This document shows positions 40,834-57,928 of a stretch of 64,000 nt of DNA, piece after piece. The DNA is from Escherichia coli. GTDB taxonomy: Bacteria > Pseudomonadota > Gammaproteobacteria > Enterobacterales > Enterobacteriaceae. Position numbers and translations under genes: made by a program. A model generated the notes under the pieces. The model searched no databases. It worked only from the letters and a program-made list of their open reading frames with translations, and had not been told where the DNA came from. How positions within the stretch are numbered: the first letter of the stretch is position 1; every line of letters starts with the position of its first letter. The DNA is taken from the NCBI RefSeq assembly GCF_030384885.1, contig NZ_CP128613.1; one strand, written 5' to 3'.

Positions 40834-43620
40834 TTAGTGCGCCTGATCCCAGTTTTCGCCACTCCCCACTTCCACCAGCAACGGCACATCCAGACGGGTA
40901 CAGTTTTCCATCAGTTGATGAATCTGTTTCGCGACGGCATCGACATCATCTTTATGAACTTCAAATACCAGTTCATCGTGTACCTGCATAATCATACGCA
41001 CACGCGGTTGCTCAGCTTGTAACCACGCATCAACGGCAATCATCGCTCGTTTGATAATGTCGGCGGCGGTTCCCTGCATTGGCGCGTTAATGGCTGCACG
41101 TTCAGCCGCTGCACGACGAGCACCATTGCTGGATTTGATATCCGGCAGATACAGACGGCGTCCGTCCAGCGTTTCAACGTAGCCCTGTTCTTTCGCCTGC
41201 GCACGGGTGCGCTCCATATACTCCAGCACGCCTGGGTAGCGTTCGAAGTAAAGGTCCATGTACTTCTGCGCTTCTTTACGTGGAATGTTCAATTGTCGCG
41301 CCAGACCGAAAGCACTCATGCCATAAATCAGACCAAAGTTGATCGCTTTCGCGCTACGACGTTGCTCGCTGGTGACGGTTTCCAGTGGCAAACCAAACAC
41401 TTCTGCCGCCGTAGCCCGGTGGATATCTTTTCCTTCCGCGAATGCGGTCAGCAAGCCTTTGTCACGCGAGAGATGCGCCATAATGCGCAGTTCAATCTGC
41501 GAGTAGTCCGCCGAGACAATCACATAATCCTCTGGCGCAATAAACGCCTGGCGGATACGACGACCTTCTTCGTTACGCACCGGAATGTTTTGCAGGTTAG
41601 GATCGGTTGACGATAAACGTCCCGTTGCGGTTACTGCCTGGTGATAAGAGGTATGTACACGCCCGGTTTTCGGGTTGATCATCAGCGGCAGCTTGTCGGT
41701 GTAGGTCGATTTCAGCTTCGCCAGACCACGATACTCCAGAATCACTTTTGGCAACGGATAGTCCAGCGCCAGTTCTTCCAGTACCTCTTCCGACGTTGAC
41801 GGCGCACCACCCGGCGTTTTCTTCAGCGGTTTAATGCCCTGTTTTTCAAACAGAATGGTTTGTAACTGCTTGGTGGAAGAAAGGTTAAATTCTTCACCTG
41901 CAATTTCATGCGCTTTCTTTTCCAGCTCAGCCAGACGTAGAGTGAGCTCTTCAGAATGATTATGAAGCACTTTCGGATCGATCTTCACACCGTTACGTTC
42001 AATGCGTGAAAGCACCGGCACCAAAGGCATTTCGATATTCTCGAAGACGTTCAACGGCCCTTTGTGTTTTTGCAGATCCGGCCACATTTTCAGATGCAAC
42101 TGCAAGGTGACATCTGCATCTTCGGCGGCGTAACGTCCGGCCTCTTCGAGGGCAATCTGGTTAAAGGTCAGTTGATTTTTGCCTTTACCGGCAATCTCTT
42201 CAAAAGTGATGGTTTTGTGCTTCAACCAACGTTCCGCGAGGCTGTCCATATCGTGACGCCCGGCAACGCTATTGAGAATGTAGGACTCCAGCATGGTATC
42301 AAACGCAATCCCACGTAGTTCAATGCCGTAGTTCGCCAGAATACCGCGATCGTATTTCAGGTTTTGCCCGACCTTCAGCGCCTTTTCATCTTCCAGCAGC
42401 GGTTTTAGCAACTCGAGTGCACGCTCGCGAGAGATTTGATCGGGCGCATCAAGATAATCATGAGCAACTGGAATATATGCCGCTACGCCTGGCTCGATAG
42501 CAAAAGAAAGCCCGACCAGGTTAGCAGAGATGTTATCGAGGCTGTCGGTTTCGGTATCAAATGCAAATACCGGCGCTTTTTCCAGCTTCGCAATCCACGC
42601 TTTCAGTGTTTCTTCATCAAGGATGGTGACGTAGTTGTCATAAGAAATCACCGTTGCCGTCACTTCTGGCGCGTCGTCTGCAACACTGGTTTCCTGCGGC
42701 TTCGCGGCTGGTTTTGCCCCTTTGGCCTGTAACCATTTGCCCGCTTCGACATCAGCAGTCCAGCGTTTGAACTCATACTTTTTGAACAGCCCCAACAACT
42801 CTTCCGCCGCCGGTTGCTGCACTTCCAGTTGTTCACAGGTCAGCTCCAGTTCAACGTCGGTTTTAATCGTCGCCAGCTGGTATGAGAGATAAGCAACTTC
42901 TTTGTTTTGCTCGAGCTTCGCTGCCATTGTTTTCGCGCCACGGAAGCTCAACCCAGCAATTTTTTCTGGCTCGGCATACAGCGTATCCAGTCCGCCAAGA
43001 CCTTGCAGCAATGCCTGCGCGGTTTTTTCACCAACGCCCGGTACGCCAGGGATGTTATCGGAGGAGTCACCCATCAGCGCCAGGAAATCGATGATCAGTT
43101 CTGGCGGCACGCCGTACTTATTCACCACCTCTTCCGGTCCGAGGATGGTATTCGTCATGGTATTGATAAGCGTAATATTTGGCGTCACCAGCTGCGCCAT
43201 ATCTTTATCGCCAGTGCTGATCAGCACCGGACGCCCGGCTTTTTCGGCTTCGCGCGCCAGAGTACCGATAACGTCGTCCGCTTCTACGCCAGAAACCGCC
43301 AGCAGCGGCAGTCCCATCGCTTTGACCATCGCGTGCAGAGGTTCGATTTGTGCTCGCAGATCGTCCGGCATTGGCGGGCGATGTGATTTGTAATGTTCAA
43401 ACAGTTCATCACGAAAGGTTTTTCCCTTGGCGTCAAAGACCACCGCTGCATGCGTCGGTTTATATTGCATGATTAGACTGCGCAGCATGTTGAGGACACC
43501 ATACATCGCACCGGTCGGCTCGCCTGCGCTGTTAGTCAGCGGGGGAAACGCGTGATATGCGCGATAAAGATAAGATGAACCATCTACAAGGATAAGTGGA
43601 TTTTGGGGGATCTGAACCAT
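40834..43620 (-). CDS. polA: DNA polymerase I
   Basis: 928-aa ORF with 5'-3' exonuclease, 3'-5' exonuclease and polymerase domains. Confidence 0.97.
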   Translation of the reverse strand: MVQIPQNPLILVDGSSYLYRAYHAFPPLTNSAGEPTGAMYGVLNMLRSLIMQYKPTHAAVVFDAKGKTFRDELFEHYKSHRPPMPDDLRAQIEPLHAMVKAMGLPLLAVSGVEADDVIGTLAREAEKAGRPVLISTGDKDMAQLVTPNITLINTMTNTILGPEEVVNKYGVPPELIIDFLALMGDSSDNIPGVPGVGEKTAQALLQGLGGLDTLYAEPEKIAGLSFRGAKTMAAKLEQNKEVAYLSYQLATIKTDVELELTCEQLEVQQPAAEELLGLFKKYEFKRWTADVEAGKWLQAKGAKPAAKPQETSVADDAPEVTATVISYDNYVTILDEETLKAWIAKLEKAPVFAFDTETDSLDNISANLVGLSFAIEPGVAAYIPVAHDYLDAPDQISRERALELLKPLLEDEKALKVGQNLKYDRGILANYGIELRGIAFDTMLESYILNSVAGRHDMDSLAERWLKHKTITFEEIAGKGKNQLTFNQIALEEAGRYAAEDADVTLQLHLKMWPDLQKHKGPLNVFENIEMPLVPVLSRIERNGVKIDPKVLHNHSEELTLRLAELEKKAHEIAGEEFNLSSTKQLQTILFEKQGIKPLKKTPGGAPSTSEEVLEELALDYPLPKVILEYRGLAKLKSTYTDKLPLMINPKTGRVHTSYHQAVTATGRLSSTDPNLQNIPVRNEEGRRIRQAFIAPEDYVIVSADYSQIELRIMAHLSRDKGLLTAFAEGKDIHRATAAEVFGLPLETVTSEQRRSAKAINFGLIYGMSAFGLARQLNIPRKEAQKYMDLYFERYPGVLEYMERTRAQAKEQGYVETLDGRRLYLPDIKSSNGARRAAAERAAINAPMQGTAADIIKRAMIAVDAWLQAEQPRVRMIMQVHDELVFEVHKDDVDAVAKQIHQLMENCTRLDVPLLVEVGSGENWDQAH

Positions 43621-43983
43621 AATGTCCGTGCCTGTTTATCAGATTATGGGTAAAGGATGCCACAGACAGGATGAAAACATGAGTTTTTCACCGCTTTTCG
43701 TGAAAATCTTTTGTAGATCTTCTGGATCGCTCGCAAATCGTCATGTGGATAACTTTGTGCATAAATTATTTACATCACTTTTAATTTATTATCATGCTTT
43801 TTACAGCATGATGTTTGTCTTTGCTTTTCATACAGTTAAATATAAAGCCATCCCTAATAATTGTGATAATGGGATTTTTTCTAATGTGGATAGATATGAA
43901 TTATTTTTCTCCTTAAGGATCATCCGTTATTTGGGGCGTTTTCTGCTAAAATCGGCGCCTTGCGCTTCTTTAGCGCACTGTCT

Positions 43984-44916
43984 ATGGCTAACCTTTTGAA
44001 TAAATTCATTATGACGAGAATACTCGCTGCGATAACCCTTTTGCTGAGTATCGTATTGACCATTTTGGTCACTATTTTTTGCTCCGTCCCGATCATCATT
44101 GCCGGGATTGTAAAACTATTGCTACCTGTGCCAGTCATTTGGCGAAAGGTTTCGCGTTTTTGTGATTTTATGATGTATTGCTGGTGTGAAAGTCTGGCGG
44201 TATTACTGCATCTGAACCCACACCTGCAATGGGAAGTTCACGGGCTGGAAGGGTTAAGTAAGAAGAACTGGTATCTGCTTATTTGTAACCACCGTAGTTG
44301 GGCAGATATTGTCGTACTGTGCGTGCTGTTTCGTAAGCACATTCCGATGAATAAATATTTCCTCAAGCAGCAGCTTGCCTGGGTGCCATTTCTTGGCCTG
44401 GCATGCTGGGCGCTGGATATGCCGTTTATGAAGCGTTATTCCCGCGCTTATTTATTACGTCATCCGGAACGACGTGGTAAAGATGTTGAAACCACCCGGC
44501 GTTCTTGTGAAAAGTTTCGCCTGCACCCCACCACCATTGTCAATTTCGTTGAAGGCTCCCGTTTCACGCAAGAAAAACATCAGCAAACCCACTCCACTTT
44601 TCAAAACTTGTTGCCACCAAAGGCGGCAGGCATTGCGATGGCGCTAAATGTACTGGGTAAACAATTCGATAAACTGCTTAATGTTACGCTGTGTTATCCG
44701 GACAATAACCGTCAGCCGTTCTTCGATATGTTAAGCGGTAAACTGACGCGAATTGTCGTACATGTGGATTTACAGCCTATTGCCGATGATTTACATGGCG
44801 ACTACATCAATGACAAAAGCTTTAAGCGCCATTTTCAGCAATGGCTGAACTCACTGTGGCAGGAAAAAGACCGACTTCTGACGTCGTTGATGTCATCACA
44901 GCGTCAGAATAAGTAA
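43984..44916 (+). CDS. yihG: Acyltransferase (PlsC-like) family inner membrane protein
   Basis: HxxxxD acyltransferase motif (NHRSWAD); start chosen at the internal ATG. Confidence 0.85.
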   Translation: MANLLNKFIMTRILAAITLLLSIVLTILVTIFCSVPIIIAGIVKLLLPVPVIWRKVSRFCDFMMYCWCESLAVLLHLNPHLQWEVHGLEGLSKKNWYLLICNHRSWADIVVLCVLFRKHIPMNKYFLKQQLAWVPFLGLACWALDMPFMKRYSRAYLLRHPERRGKDVETTRRSCEKFRLHPTTIVNFVEGSRFTQEKHQQTHSTFQNLLPPKAAGIAMALNVLGKQFDKLLNVTLCYPDNNRQPFFDMLSGKLTRIVVHVDLQPIADDLHGDYINDKSFKRHFQQWLNSLWQEKDRLLTSLMSSQRQNK

Positions 44917-44956
44917 GTTTTACTCGCCTCTGAATGAGCAGAGGCGAGTGAGTATT

Positions 44957-46387
44957 TTAATGAACAAAACGTCCGGCACGAGACATAAATTCTTCTTCGC
45001 TCATTTCCTGTCCGTTAAAAACAACTTTACCCGGTGTATAACGCAGTTGCAGCGAGGCGGTATTGTTGTCAATCGTGATTAACTGAAACATCTGACCTAA
45101 TGTCATCATCCCGCTGATTTGTTTATCAGCCTGCTTTTGCGCTTTTTCCGCATCCATGCCTTCAGATAAATTAAGCTGTTTTGCGGTTTCTGTGACAACA
45201 TTAAGCGGTAACTTCACGTCAAAATTGAGCGATTTAATATCTTTGTTTGTGGATGATGAAGATTTGGCTGGGTCGGCAATACTGATATCCAGATTGGCAT
45301 TTAGTTCGCCGAGTGCGTTCTTCCATCTTACCGGTTGTTTAATGGTCGGCTCACTTTTTTGTAATAACGGTAAATACTCTTTGAACAATGCAGCATTCAC
45401 TTCTTGCAGAGCAACTTCATCGTTTGCTAACTCAGGGTGTGCAGCAAGCTGCTTCTGCATCGCAATGTTATACTGAATGATAAATTGGCGCACCGCTGAG
45501 GGATCAATAGATTCCGCAATCAAGGACCACTCTCCACTACCGAGTTGCTGATTCCCTTTTGTTAACTTATCAAGTTCGTAGGTCAGATTGACATTGATAT
45601 AATCTTTGTCTTTAACGCGATCCAGCCTGGTTTTTGCAACGAAAGCATCGATTTGGGCAACGTCTTCTCCCTGATTGATAATGTTAATCTGATTGAATTT
45701 CGACTCGCTTTCGCCAACCGGAAATTTCTTTTCTTCTAATCGCGTCAGAGAATCAATGGTAAAACTTTTCGCCGTTACTTTGTTCAATGGCGATAATTCC
45801 AGAACAATATCTTCGACTTTGCCTTCAATATCCAGGTTAGACAATGAGCTACCATCACCATTAAAAGTAAACTGGCCTTCACCAAAAGAAAACTTTCCAT
45901 ATTTTGCAGGGGCAACATCTAATGTCGTGGAGAATGAGCCACCAAACGCGAATCGCAATGTCGCTTCCACGGGCGATTTATTTTTTGCGGCGATAAATAG
46001 CGGTTGTGTCAGTTCATTATTCACTAAGTTCACTTTTGCCGCTGCCAGTGCGGGGATGACATTACCACGCATTAACATTGTGATGGGCAACGGACCGTGC
46101 TCAACATCCACATCAAATGCAACTTTCTGGCCTGGCTTGATATTGAGATCGGGTGCACCGTTATCAAATGTCATTTGCATTTGAAAATGAGAATTAAAAA
46201 AGCCTTTGTCAAAGTTTTTATAACTTAACGTCATATCGTAGGCATGTTCACCTTTCTTTTTAGCATCGTTAAAATCTTTAATGAACTTTTCGACACCAGG
46301 CTGAATTTGCGTACCTGTGTACCATGTGCCACCACCCCAGATTACGGCTAACGCAACAATAATACCTGTAGCTGACTTACGTATCAT
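44957..46387 (-). CDS. yihF: DUF945-family protein
   Basis: Start chosen at the internal ATG (MIRKSATGIIVALAVIWGGG); N-terminal TM segment. Confidence 0.85.
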   Translation of the reverse strand: MIRKSATGIIVALAVIWGGGTWYTGTQIQPGVEKFIKDFNDAKKKGEHAYDMTLSYKNFDKGFFNSHFQMQMTFDNGAPDLNIKPGQKVAFDVDVEHGPLPITMLMRGNVIPALAAAKVNLVNNELTQPLFIAAKNKSPVEATLRFAFGGSFSTTLDVAPAKYGKFSFGEGQFTFNGDGSSLSNLDIEGKVEDIVLELSPLNKVTAKSFTIDSLTRLEEKKFPVGESESKFNQINIINQGEDVAQIDAFVAKTRLDRVKDKDYINVNLTYELDKLTKGNQQLGSGEWSLIAESIDPSAVRQFIIQYNIAMQKQLAAHPELANDEVALQEVNAALFKEYLPLLQKSEPTIKQPVRWKNALGELNANLDISIADPAKSSSSTNKDIKSLNFDVKLPLNVVTETAKQLNLSEGMDAEKAQKQADKQISGMMTLGQMFQLITIDNNTASLQLRYTPGKVVFNGQEMSEEEFMSRAGRFVH

Positions 46388-46541
46388 ATAAATATTCCCT
46401 GATAAAACAGCAAAACTTTGAATATCCACTTATGCTGAAATAATGTCCAGCGGCAGGACGCATTATCAGAATGTATTTATATTTATTAAATAATAAAAAA
46501 AGCCCGTGAATATTCACGGGCTTTATGTAATTTACATTGAA

Positions 46542-47168
46542 TTATTTTTTCTCGGACAGATATTTCACAGTATCAGCATACTGCTGAACAAAAACATCCA
46601 TATTGCTGGTATCCATACCCTGCGGATTCAGCTGATATTTACCGTTAACAAACATCGCCGGAACGCCACGCAATTGCACGTCGGCTGCGGCTTTTTCCTG
46701 CTGAGCCACCAGAGATTTCACCACGAAGCTGTTCCAGGCCGCGTCGTACTCTTCACCTTTAATACCTGCGTTGATAAATACATCGCGGATATCAGATGCA
46801 GAACGAATGGTCTGGGTTTTCTGTACGCCTTCAAACAGCGGAACAGTCACTTTGTCTTCCACGCCCAGCGCCATCGCCACTGCCCATGCCTGAGTCAGTT
46901 CTTTGCCCAGATCCCCGCCCATGAAGTTGACGTGGTATTTAGTCATTTTCACGCCTTCCGGCAGTTTTTTCTTCACGTTATCAGAAATATGCAGAACTTC
47001 TTCAAACTGATAGCAGTGCGGGCAGAAGAAAGAGAAAAACTCCAGCACTTGCGGCGCGCCAGCTACCGGTTTTTCCAGGGTAGTGTACTGTTTACCATCT
47101 TCATACTGCGCCGCCGATGCGCTAAACGCTAAAACTAAACCAGCCAGCGCCAGCCAAATCTTTTTCAT
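46542..47168 (-). CDS. dsbA: Periplasmic thiol:disulfide oxidoreductase DsbA
   Basis: Signal peptide plus CPHC active site ([12 protein letters not shown]). Confidence 0.95.
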   Translation of the reverse strand: MKKIWLALAGLVLAFSASAAQYEDGKQYTTLEKPVAGAPQVLEFFSFFCPHCYQFEEVLHISDNVKKKLPEGVKMTKYHVNFMGGDLGKELTQAWAVAMALGVEDKVTVPLFEGVQKTQTIRSASDIRDVFINAGIKGEEYDAAWNSFVVKSLVAQQEKAAADVQLRGVPAMFVNGKYQLNPQGMDTSNMDVFVQQYADTVKYLSEKK

Positions 47169-47184
47169 GATCTACTCTCTCCGA

Positions 47185-48171
47185 TTAATACATAGGTGTT
47201 AATTGCAAAGGGGGTTCTTGTAGAACTTTTGCCTGTTCTATAAAAGTCGCCGTCTGTCGCAGCCAGTAATCTTCCCCGGTTAACCACGGGAAATTTTTCG
47301 GGAACGCGGGATCAGCCCAACGCCGCATTAGCCAGGCAAGATAATAAACCAAACGCATGGCGCGTAAAGGTTCAATCAGTCCGATTTCAGCGGTATCGAA
47401 CTCGCTAAATTCTTCATAAGCTTCAATAATAGTTTCCAGTTGCATCCGCTGCTCGGATTTATCGCCATTGAGCAACATCCACAAATCCTGAACGGCTGGA
47501 CCATTACGTGCATCATCCAGATCAACGAACATTGGACCATCACGCCAGAGAATATTCCCGGCGTGGCAGTCTCCATGTAGCCGCAGAACGGTGAAATCTT
47601 CCCGCCAATGTGCTGTAACGGCGGCGATCAGCTCATCTGTCGCTTTCAGGAATGCCGCTTTCAACCCGGAAGGTATCAGTGTAGCGTCCTCAAACAGCTT
47701 GCGTGGCTCAATGAGATATTCATTCAGACCGATGGTCGGGCGATGGATAAAAAGCTGTTTGCGCCCCGTCTGGTGCATACGCCCTAAATAACGCCCAACA
47801 GCTTCCATCTGATCGATATTATCAGCTTCGAACTGGCGACCACCGACGCTTGGAAAAACAGCGAAATAAAATCCCTGATGATTCAATAAAGTCTGACCGT
47901 TAAAGGCCACAGGCGCTGCGACCGGAACCTCATCGTTAACCAGCTGCAACGCAAATTGATGTTCTTCGAGGATTTGATCGGCTGTCCAACGTTCAGGGCG
48001 ATAAAATTTGACGACAAAACGTCGACGATCTTCGTCCTGAAATTGATAGACACGGTTTTCATAGCTGTTAAGCGGGGTAAGACCGGAATCCACCCGGATC
48101 CCATGCTCAAACAGAGCGTCCATGATGGTATCCGGGTGTAGTGTCTGGAAAGTAAAAGCGCTGTTGTTCAT
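47185..48171 (-). CDS. srkA: Stress-response Ser/Thr kinase SrkA (YihE)
   Basis: 328-aa ORF; aminoglycoside-phosphotransferase-like kinase fold (HGDCHAGN, DLDD). Confidence 0.92.
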   Translation of the reverse strand: MNNSAFTFQTLHPDTIMDALFEHGIRVDSGLTPLNSYENRVYQFQDEDRRRFVVKFYRPERWTADQILEEHQFALQLVNDEVPVAAPVAFNGQTLLNHQGFYFAVFPSVGGRQFEADNIDQMEAVGRYLGRMHQTGRKQLFIHRPTIGLNEYLIEPRKLFEDATLIPSGLKAAFLKATDELIAAVTAHWREDFTVLRLHGDCHAGNILWRDGPMFVDLDDARNGPAVQDLWMLLNGDKSEQRMQLETIIEAYEEFSEFDTAEIGLIEPLRAMRLVYYLAWLMRRWADPAFPKNFPWLTGEDYWLRQTATFIEQAKVLQEPPLQLTPMY

Positions 48172-48247
48172 CCCATCATCCGGAAAACATTACGAATGAT
48201 GAAGGATATCATTTCACGATGATTTTGGTGGCACCGCTTACAAGCTT

Positions 48248-48517
48248 TTACTCTTTAATTACGCCGCGAGCGCGTAACAGCGCCGTTTTGAAATCTTCTT
48301 CATAATCTTTCTGCAAACCCGGGATCACCGCATCTTTCGCGGAATCACGCATTTTCAGGTGATAGATCAGAATGTCATCCGTCAAATCCGCCAGTTCGCC
48401 GTCAAAACCTGACTCTTTCGCCAGTTTCTGCAAAAATTGCAGCAGGTTAAGGTCTGGCTCTTTTTGCCAGGCTGGCTGGAGGAGTTCAATAACTTCATTC
48501 AGACGTTTACATTTCAT
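48248..48517 (-). CDS. yihD: Small protein YihD
   Basis: Start at the internal ATG ([14 protein letters not shown]), 89 aa. Confidence 0.85.
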
Positions 48518-48586
48518 AGTAATGCTCCTTACTCTTGAGACAGACACGTTAGCAGGGTCAATCCCACAATAAAAGAGGCGATATCG

Positions 48587-49168
48587 GTGAATCTGATGAC
48601 GACGATAACAGGCGTTGTGCTGGCGGGCGGTAAAGCCAGACGAATGGGCGGCGTAGATAAAGGATTGCTTGAATTAAACGGCAAACCATTATGGCAACAT
48701 GTCGCTGACGCGCTTATGACGCAGCTCTCTCACGTCGTGGTTAATGCTAATCGTCATCAGGAAATCTATCAGGCAAGCGGTCTGAAAGTGATTGAAGATA
48801 CACTGGCGGATTACCCAGGCCCTCTGGCAGGAATGCTTTCAGTAATGCAGCAGGAAGCGGGGGAGTGGTTTTTGTTTTGCCCATGCGATACGCCTTACAT
48901 TCCCCCTGATTTAGCTGCCCGGCTTAATCATCAGCGCAAAGATGCGCCTGTCGTGTGGGTCCACGACGGTGAACGCGATCACCCGACTATTGCTCTGGTA
49001 AACCGCGCAATTGAGCCTTTATTACTGGAATATCTGCAAGCAGGAGAACGCCGGGTAATGGCATTTATGCGTCTGGCTGGCGGTCATGCGGTTGATTTCA
49101 GCGATCATAAAGAGGCATTTGTGAACGTGAATACGCCAGAGGAGCTTGCCCGATGGCAAGAAAAGTAA
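48587..49168 (+). CDS. mobA: Molybdenum cofactor guanylyltransferase
   Basis: GTG start; [11 protein letters not shown] motif. Confidence 0.92.
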
Positions 49169-49680
49169 TGATACCGCTACTCGCCTTTGCCGCGTGGAGT
49201 GGCACTGGAAAAACTACGCTGCTGAAAAAACTGATCCCGGCATTATGCGCCAGAGGGATCCGTCCGGGACTGATTAAGCATACGCATCATGATATGGATG
49301 TTGATAAGCCAGGCAAAGATAGCTATGAACTGCGCAAGGCTGGCGCGGCGCAAACCATCGTTGCCAGCCAGCAACGATGGGCTTTGATGACGGAAACGCC
49401 AGACGAAGAAGAGCTGGGTCTACATTTTCTCGCAAGCCGGATGGATACCTCAAAGCTGGATTTGATTCTGGTCGAAGGGTTTAAGCATGAAGAGATCGCA
49501 AAGATTGTGCTTTTTCGTGAAGGGGCTGGACATCGACCGGAAGAATTAGTGATAGACAGACATGTTATTGCTGTAGCCAGTGATGTGCCGCTTAAGCTTA
49601 ATACCACATTACTGGATATTAATGATGTTGAGGGGCTGGCTGATTTTGTGGTGGAGTGGATGCAAAATCAGGACGGATAA
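49153..49680 (+). CDS. mobB: Molybdopterin-guanine dinucleotide biosynthesis adapter MobB
   Basis: P-loop AWSGTGKTT; overlaps the mobA 3' end. Confidence 0.92.
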   Translation: MARKVMIPLLAFAAWSGTGKTTLLKKLIPALCARGIRPGLIKHTHHDMDVDKPGKDSYELRKAGAAQTIVASQQRWALMTETPDEEELGLHFLASRMDTSKLDLILVEGFKHEEIAKIVLFREGAGHRPEELVIDRHVIAVASDVPLKLNTTLLDINDVEGLADFVVEWMQNQDG

Positions 49681-49743
49681 GCAAGAGTAGTCTGGATCAG
49701 ACGCGCCAGCGTCGCATCCGACCTTTTTTTCTGCACCAACGCA

Positions 49744-49772
49744 AAAAGGCCATCCGTCAGGATGGCCTTCTG
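49744..49772 (-). terminator. rrn operon terminator hairpin downstream of the 5S rRNA
   Basis: aaggccatcc-gtca-ggatggcctt, followed by TTTTTGC on the minus strand. Confidence 0.6.
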
Positions 49773-49781
49773 CTTGATTTG

Positions 49782-49901
49782 ATGCCTGGCAGTTCCCTAC
49801 TCTCGCATGGGGAGACCCCACACTACCATCGGCGCTACGGCGTTTCACTTCTGAGTTCGGCATGGGGTCAGGTGGGACCACCGCGCTAAGGCCGCCAGGC
49901 A
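49782..49901 (-). rRNA. rrfA: 5S ribosomal RNA
   Basis: Reverse complement matches E. coli 5S rRNA end to end (TGCCTGGCGGC...CTGCCAGGCAT). Confidence 0.95.
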
Positions 49902-49994
49902 AATTCTGTTTCATCAGACCGCTTCTGCGTTCTGATTTAATCTGTATCAGGCTGAAAATCTTCTCTCAATCCGCCAAAACACCTTCGGCGTTGT

Positions 49995-52899
<2,905 letters not shown>

Positions 52900-53082
52900 T
52901 CACAACCCGAAGATGTTTCTTGCGATTCATCATCGTGTTGCGAAAATTTGAGAGACTCACGAACAACTCTCGTTGTTCAGTGTTTCAATTTTCAGCTTGA
53001 TCCAGATTTTTAAAGAGCAAAACTTCGCAGTGAACCTTTGCAGGTACACTCTGAAGTATTTTTTATTTAATCACTACAGAGA

Positions 53083-53158
53083 TGGTGGAGCTATGCGGGA
53101 TCGAACCGCAGACCTCCTGCGTGCAAAGCAGGCGCTCTCCCAGCTGAGCTATAGCCCC
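53083..53158 (-). tRNA. alaT: tRNA-Ala (anticodon UGC)
   Basis: Reverse complement GGGGCTATAGCTCAGCTGGGAGAGCGCCTGCTTTGCACGCAGGAGGTCTGCGGTTCGATCCCGCATAGCTCCACCA. Confidence 0.95.
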
Positions 53159-53200
53159 ATAACATGTAGTTAAAACCTCTTCAAATTTGCGGTGCAAATT

Positions 53201-53277
<77 letters not shown>

Positions 53278-53345
53278 GTAGAGGTTTTACTGCTCATTTT
53301 CATCAGACAATCTGTGTGAGCACTGCAAAGCACAGTTCTTTAAGG

Positions 53346-54887
<1,542 letters not shown>

Positions 54888-55059
54888 AAAAGTTTGATGC
54901 TCAAAGAATTAAACTTCGTAATGAATTACGTGTTCACTCTTGAGACTTGGTATTCATTTTTCGTCTTGCGACGTTAAGAATCCGTATCTTCGAGTGCCCA
55001 CACAGATTGTCTGATAAATTGTTAAAGAGCAGTGCCGCTTCGCTTTTTCTCAGCGGCGC

Positions 55060-55290
55060 GGGGTGTGCATAATACGCTTTCCCGCTACAGAGTCAAGCAT
55101 TTTTTTGCTTTTCTCTGTCGAGATTCTCAGAAGAACCCCGCTGATCCGGCGGCGTGTTTGCCGTTGTTCCGTGTCAGTGGTGGCGCATTATAGGGAGTTA
55201 TTCCGGCCTGACAAGAGGAAATTTAAAATAATTTTCCGACCGCGCATTTTTTACTCTTTATGCTTATTTCAGCGTCGGTTTGTCGGTTAA
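55060..55290 (-). promoter_or_regulatory. rrn tandem promoters P1 and P2 with upstream AT-rich UP/FIS region
   Basis: Minus strand P1: TTGTCA (55209-55214) and TATAAT (55187-55192), with GCGC discriminator. P2: TTGACT (55091-55096) and TATTAT (55069-55074). Confidence 0.8.
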
Positions 55291-55809
55291 ATGGGCGATT
55301 TCTCGGGCGAAATTCGCCACCTGCTGCCAATCGGTATAGACAACTTCTTTGCGCGTATCCGTTTCACCGCCTGACATCTTCATAATCAGCTTGATCATAA
55401 AGCGGTCGTACCAGCGGTAACGTGGATAACGTAGCGCCCCGGCAATGACGGCACAGCGATCGGGACGCCATTGTGAACTCATCAGAAACTTGCGCGCGTA
55501 GCTGTTGGTCTGTGGAGTACGCTTCTCCGGTTTACGCGCCACCAGGTTTACGGAGTAAAAGGCGCTCGGCATCGAATTCAGCCGCGTCGCATGCTTTTTG
55601 ACAAATTCCTGGAACGCAGAGTGGTAGTGACCATAGCGAATAGAAGCACCAATGACCACACGGTCGTAGTTTTCCCACTGTGGTTCTTCAATGCGGTGCA
55701 CATTGGCGACATCCGCCTGGATCCCCAATTCTTTCAGTTCCGAAGCCAGGTAGGCGGCAATCTCGCGCGTTTGTCCGTCCCTTGTTGAGAAAAGAATTAA
55801 TGTTTTCAC
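55264..55809 (-). CDS. hemG: Protoporphyrinogen IX dehydrogenase (flavodoxin-like)
   Basis: 181-aa [25 protein letters not shown] (flavodoxin fold). Confidence 0.93.
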   Translation of the reverse strand: MKTLILFSTRDGQTREIAAYLASELKELGIQADVANVHRIEEPQWENYDRVVIGASIRYGHYHSAFQEFVKKHATRLNSMPSAFYSVNLVARKPEKRTPQTNSYARKFLMSSQWRPDRCAVIAGALRYPRYRWYDRFMIKLIMKMSGGETDTRKEVVYTDWQQVANFAREIAHLTDKPTLK

Positions 55810-55820
55810 GTATTACTCCA

Positions 55821-57272
55821 TCATTCACGCCAGAAAGTCGGGGTAAAGAGCACCAGTAATGTAAAGACCTCGAGACGACCAAACAGCATATTGGCAATCA
55901 GGATCCATTTAGCCACCGGGTTCATACTGGTAAAGTTATCAGCAACCACGCCAAGCCCTGGCCCCAGGTTATTCAATGTCGCAACAACCGAGGCAAAGGC
56001 AGAAAAGTCATCCACCCCCGTGGCGATAATCGCCAGCATACTGACAATAAACACCAATGCATAGGCAGAGAAAAATCCCCAAACAGCTTCGAGGATACGT
56101 TCCGGCAGTGCGCGATTCCCTAGCTTAATGCTATAGACGGCGTTCGGATGCACCAGTCGTTTCAGCTCACGGTTCCCCTGCTTAAACAGCAGCAGAATGC
56201 GGATCACTTTCAGGCCACCGCCCGTAGACCCGGCGCAACCGCCAATAAATGCTGAACATAACAGCAGTACCGGCAAAAAGAGCGGCCAGCGGGCAATGCT
56301 ATCTGTCGTAAACCCGGCGGTTGTCGCCATCGACACCACCTGAAAAAACGCCTGGTTAATTGTCATCAGCGCCGAACTATAGACATTATGAAACCACAGC
56401 ACGAGGGTACAAATAACCACCAGCGTAAACTGTACGCCGATAAACATGCGAAATTCCGGATCGCGCCAATAAACCTTCAGACTACGCCCACTTAACAGCG
56501 AAAAGTGCAGACCGTAGTTACAGCCGGAGATCAGCAGGAAGATAGCAATGATGGTGTTAATAGTCGGGCTGTCGAAATAACCGATACTGGCATCATGTGT
56601 CGAGAAGCCGCCAATAGCGATAGTCGCAAAGCTATGGCCGATGGCATCAAAGGCATCCATTCCGGCAAACCACAACGCCAGCGCACAGGCGACGGTCAGC
56701 AAGACATAAATCAACCACAGGGTTTTCGCCGTTTCCGCAATTCGCGGGCGCATTTTGTTATCTTTCAGCGGGCCGGGCATTTCTGCGCGATAGAGCTGCA
56801 TCCCACCCACGCCGAGGATAGGCAGTATCGCAACCGCCAAAACGATGATCCCCATCCCGCCAAACCATTGCAGCATCTGGCGATAAAAGAGGATTGCGTG
56901 AGGAAGTGTATCCAGTCCCACCAGCGTAGTGGCCCCCGTGGTAGTCAGACCGGAGAAAGATTCAAAAAACGCATCGGTAATCGTGAGGTTTGGGCTTTCC
57001 GAAAAGATAAAAGGGAGCGCACCGACGCTACCCAACACGGTCCAGAACAGCACCACTATCAGAAACCCTTCACGGGATTTCAGTTCGCCCTTTTCTTTAC
57101 GGTTCGGCCACCACAGCATAGAACCAATGGCAAGGGCGACAAAAAAGGTCTGGGTAAAGGCGCGGCCCGCACCATCCCGGTAGATGAGTGCTACCAGCCC
57201 AGGGATAATCATGGTCCCTGAAAATAAGATGACCAGTAGTCCAACAATTCGGGTAATGGCGCGAAAATGCAT
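55821..57272 (-). CDS. trkH: Trk-system potassium uptake protein TrkH
   Basis: 483-aa polytopic ORF. Confidence 0.93.
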   Translation of the reverse strand: MHFRAITRIVGLLVILFSGTMIIPGLVALIYRDGAGRAFTQTFFVALAIGSMLWWPNRKEKGELKSREGFLIVVLFWTVLGSVGALPFIFSESPNLTITDAFFESFSGLTTTGATTLVGLDTLPHAILFYRQMLQWFGGMGIIVLAVAILPILGVGGMQLYRAEMPGPLKDNKMRPRIAETAKTLWLIYVLLTVACALALWFAGMDAFDAIGHSFATIAIGGFSTHDASIGYFDSPTINTIIAIFLLISGCNYGLHFSLLSGRSLKVYWRDPEFRMFIGVQFTLVVICTLVLWFHNVYSSALMTINQAFFQVVSMATTAGFTTDSIARWPLFLPVLLLCSAFIGGCAGSTGGGLKVIRILLLFKQGNRELKRLVHPNAVYSIKLGNRALPERILEAVWGFFSAYALVFIVSMLAIIATGVDDFSAFASVVATLNNLGPGLGVVADNFTSMNPVAKWILIANMLFGRLEVFTLLVLFTPTFWRE

Positions 57273-57310
57273 CTCTGCCGCTTCCTTAGTTCTGCAAAAT
57301 GAAGTGGGGA

Positions 57311-57928
57311 TTATTCTTCAATCGCTAACAATTGCAATGAACCACGGCTAAAATCCGCCAGTTTTGCGGAAAATTCAGCCACTTTCGCCGCCGGAAGCGC
57401 CACCCGCAGCAGAACGAATGCCTGATAATCACTGTTGATAATTTTGCCGCCACACTGCCCCAGCAACGCTTCAATGCCGGTTAACTGACTATATTCACAT
57501 TGCAAAGTATATTCGGTTAATGGCGTCTTGCGTTGGGTCGTTAGCTGGCGCAGTGCCTGATTCACGCCGCCGCCATACGCTTTCACTAACCCACCGGTGC
57601 CCAGCAATATGCCGCCGTAGTAGCGCACCACCACGGCGGTAATTTCCCCGACGCCGCTGCCCATAAGTTGGGCGAGCATCGGTTTACCTGCCGTTCCCGC
57701 CGGTTCCCCGTCATCAGAGAAACCCAGTTGTTGAGAATCATCCGGTGCGCCAGCTACCCACGCCACACAATGGTGGCGAGCATCGGGATGCTCTGCCCGC
57801 ACCGATTCAACAAACGCTTTCGCCGCCTCAACGCCATCGGTATGCGCCAACAGCGTAATGAAGCGGCTCTTTTTGATCTCTTCAACGACCGTGACCGGTG
57901 CCGCAGGGATTAACCAGCTTTCCATCAC
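57311..57928 (-). CDS. yigZ: IMPACT-family protein YigZ
   Basis: 205-aa ORF; 4-bp overlap with the pepQ stop. Confidence 0.88.
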   Translation of the reverse strand: MMESWLIPAAPVTVVEEIKKSRFITLLAHTDGVEAAKAFVESVRAEHPDARHHCVAWVAGAPDDSQQLGFSDDGEPAGTAGKPMLAQLMGSGVGEITAVVVRYYGGILLGTGGLVKAYGGGVNQALRQLTTQRKTPLTEYTLQCEYSQLTGIEALLGQCGGKIINSDYQAFVLLRVALPAAKVAEFSAKLADFSRGSLQLLAIEE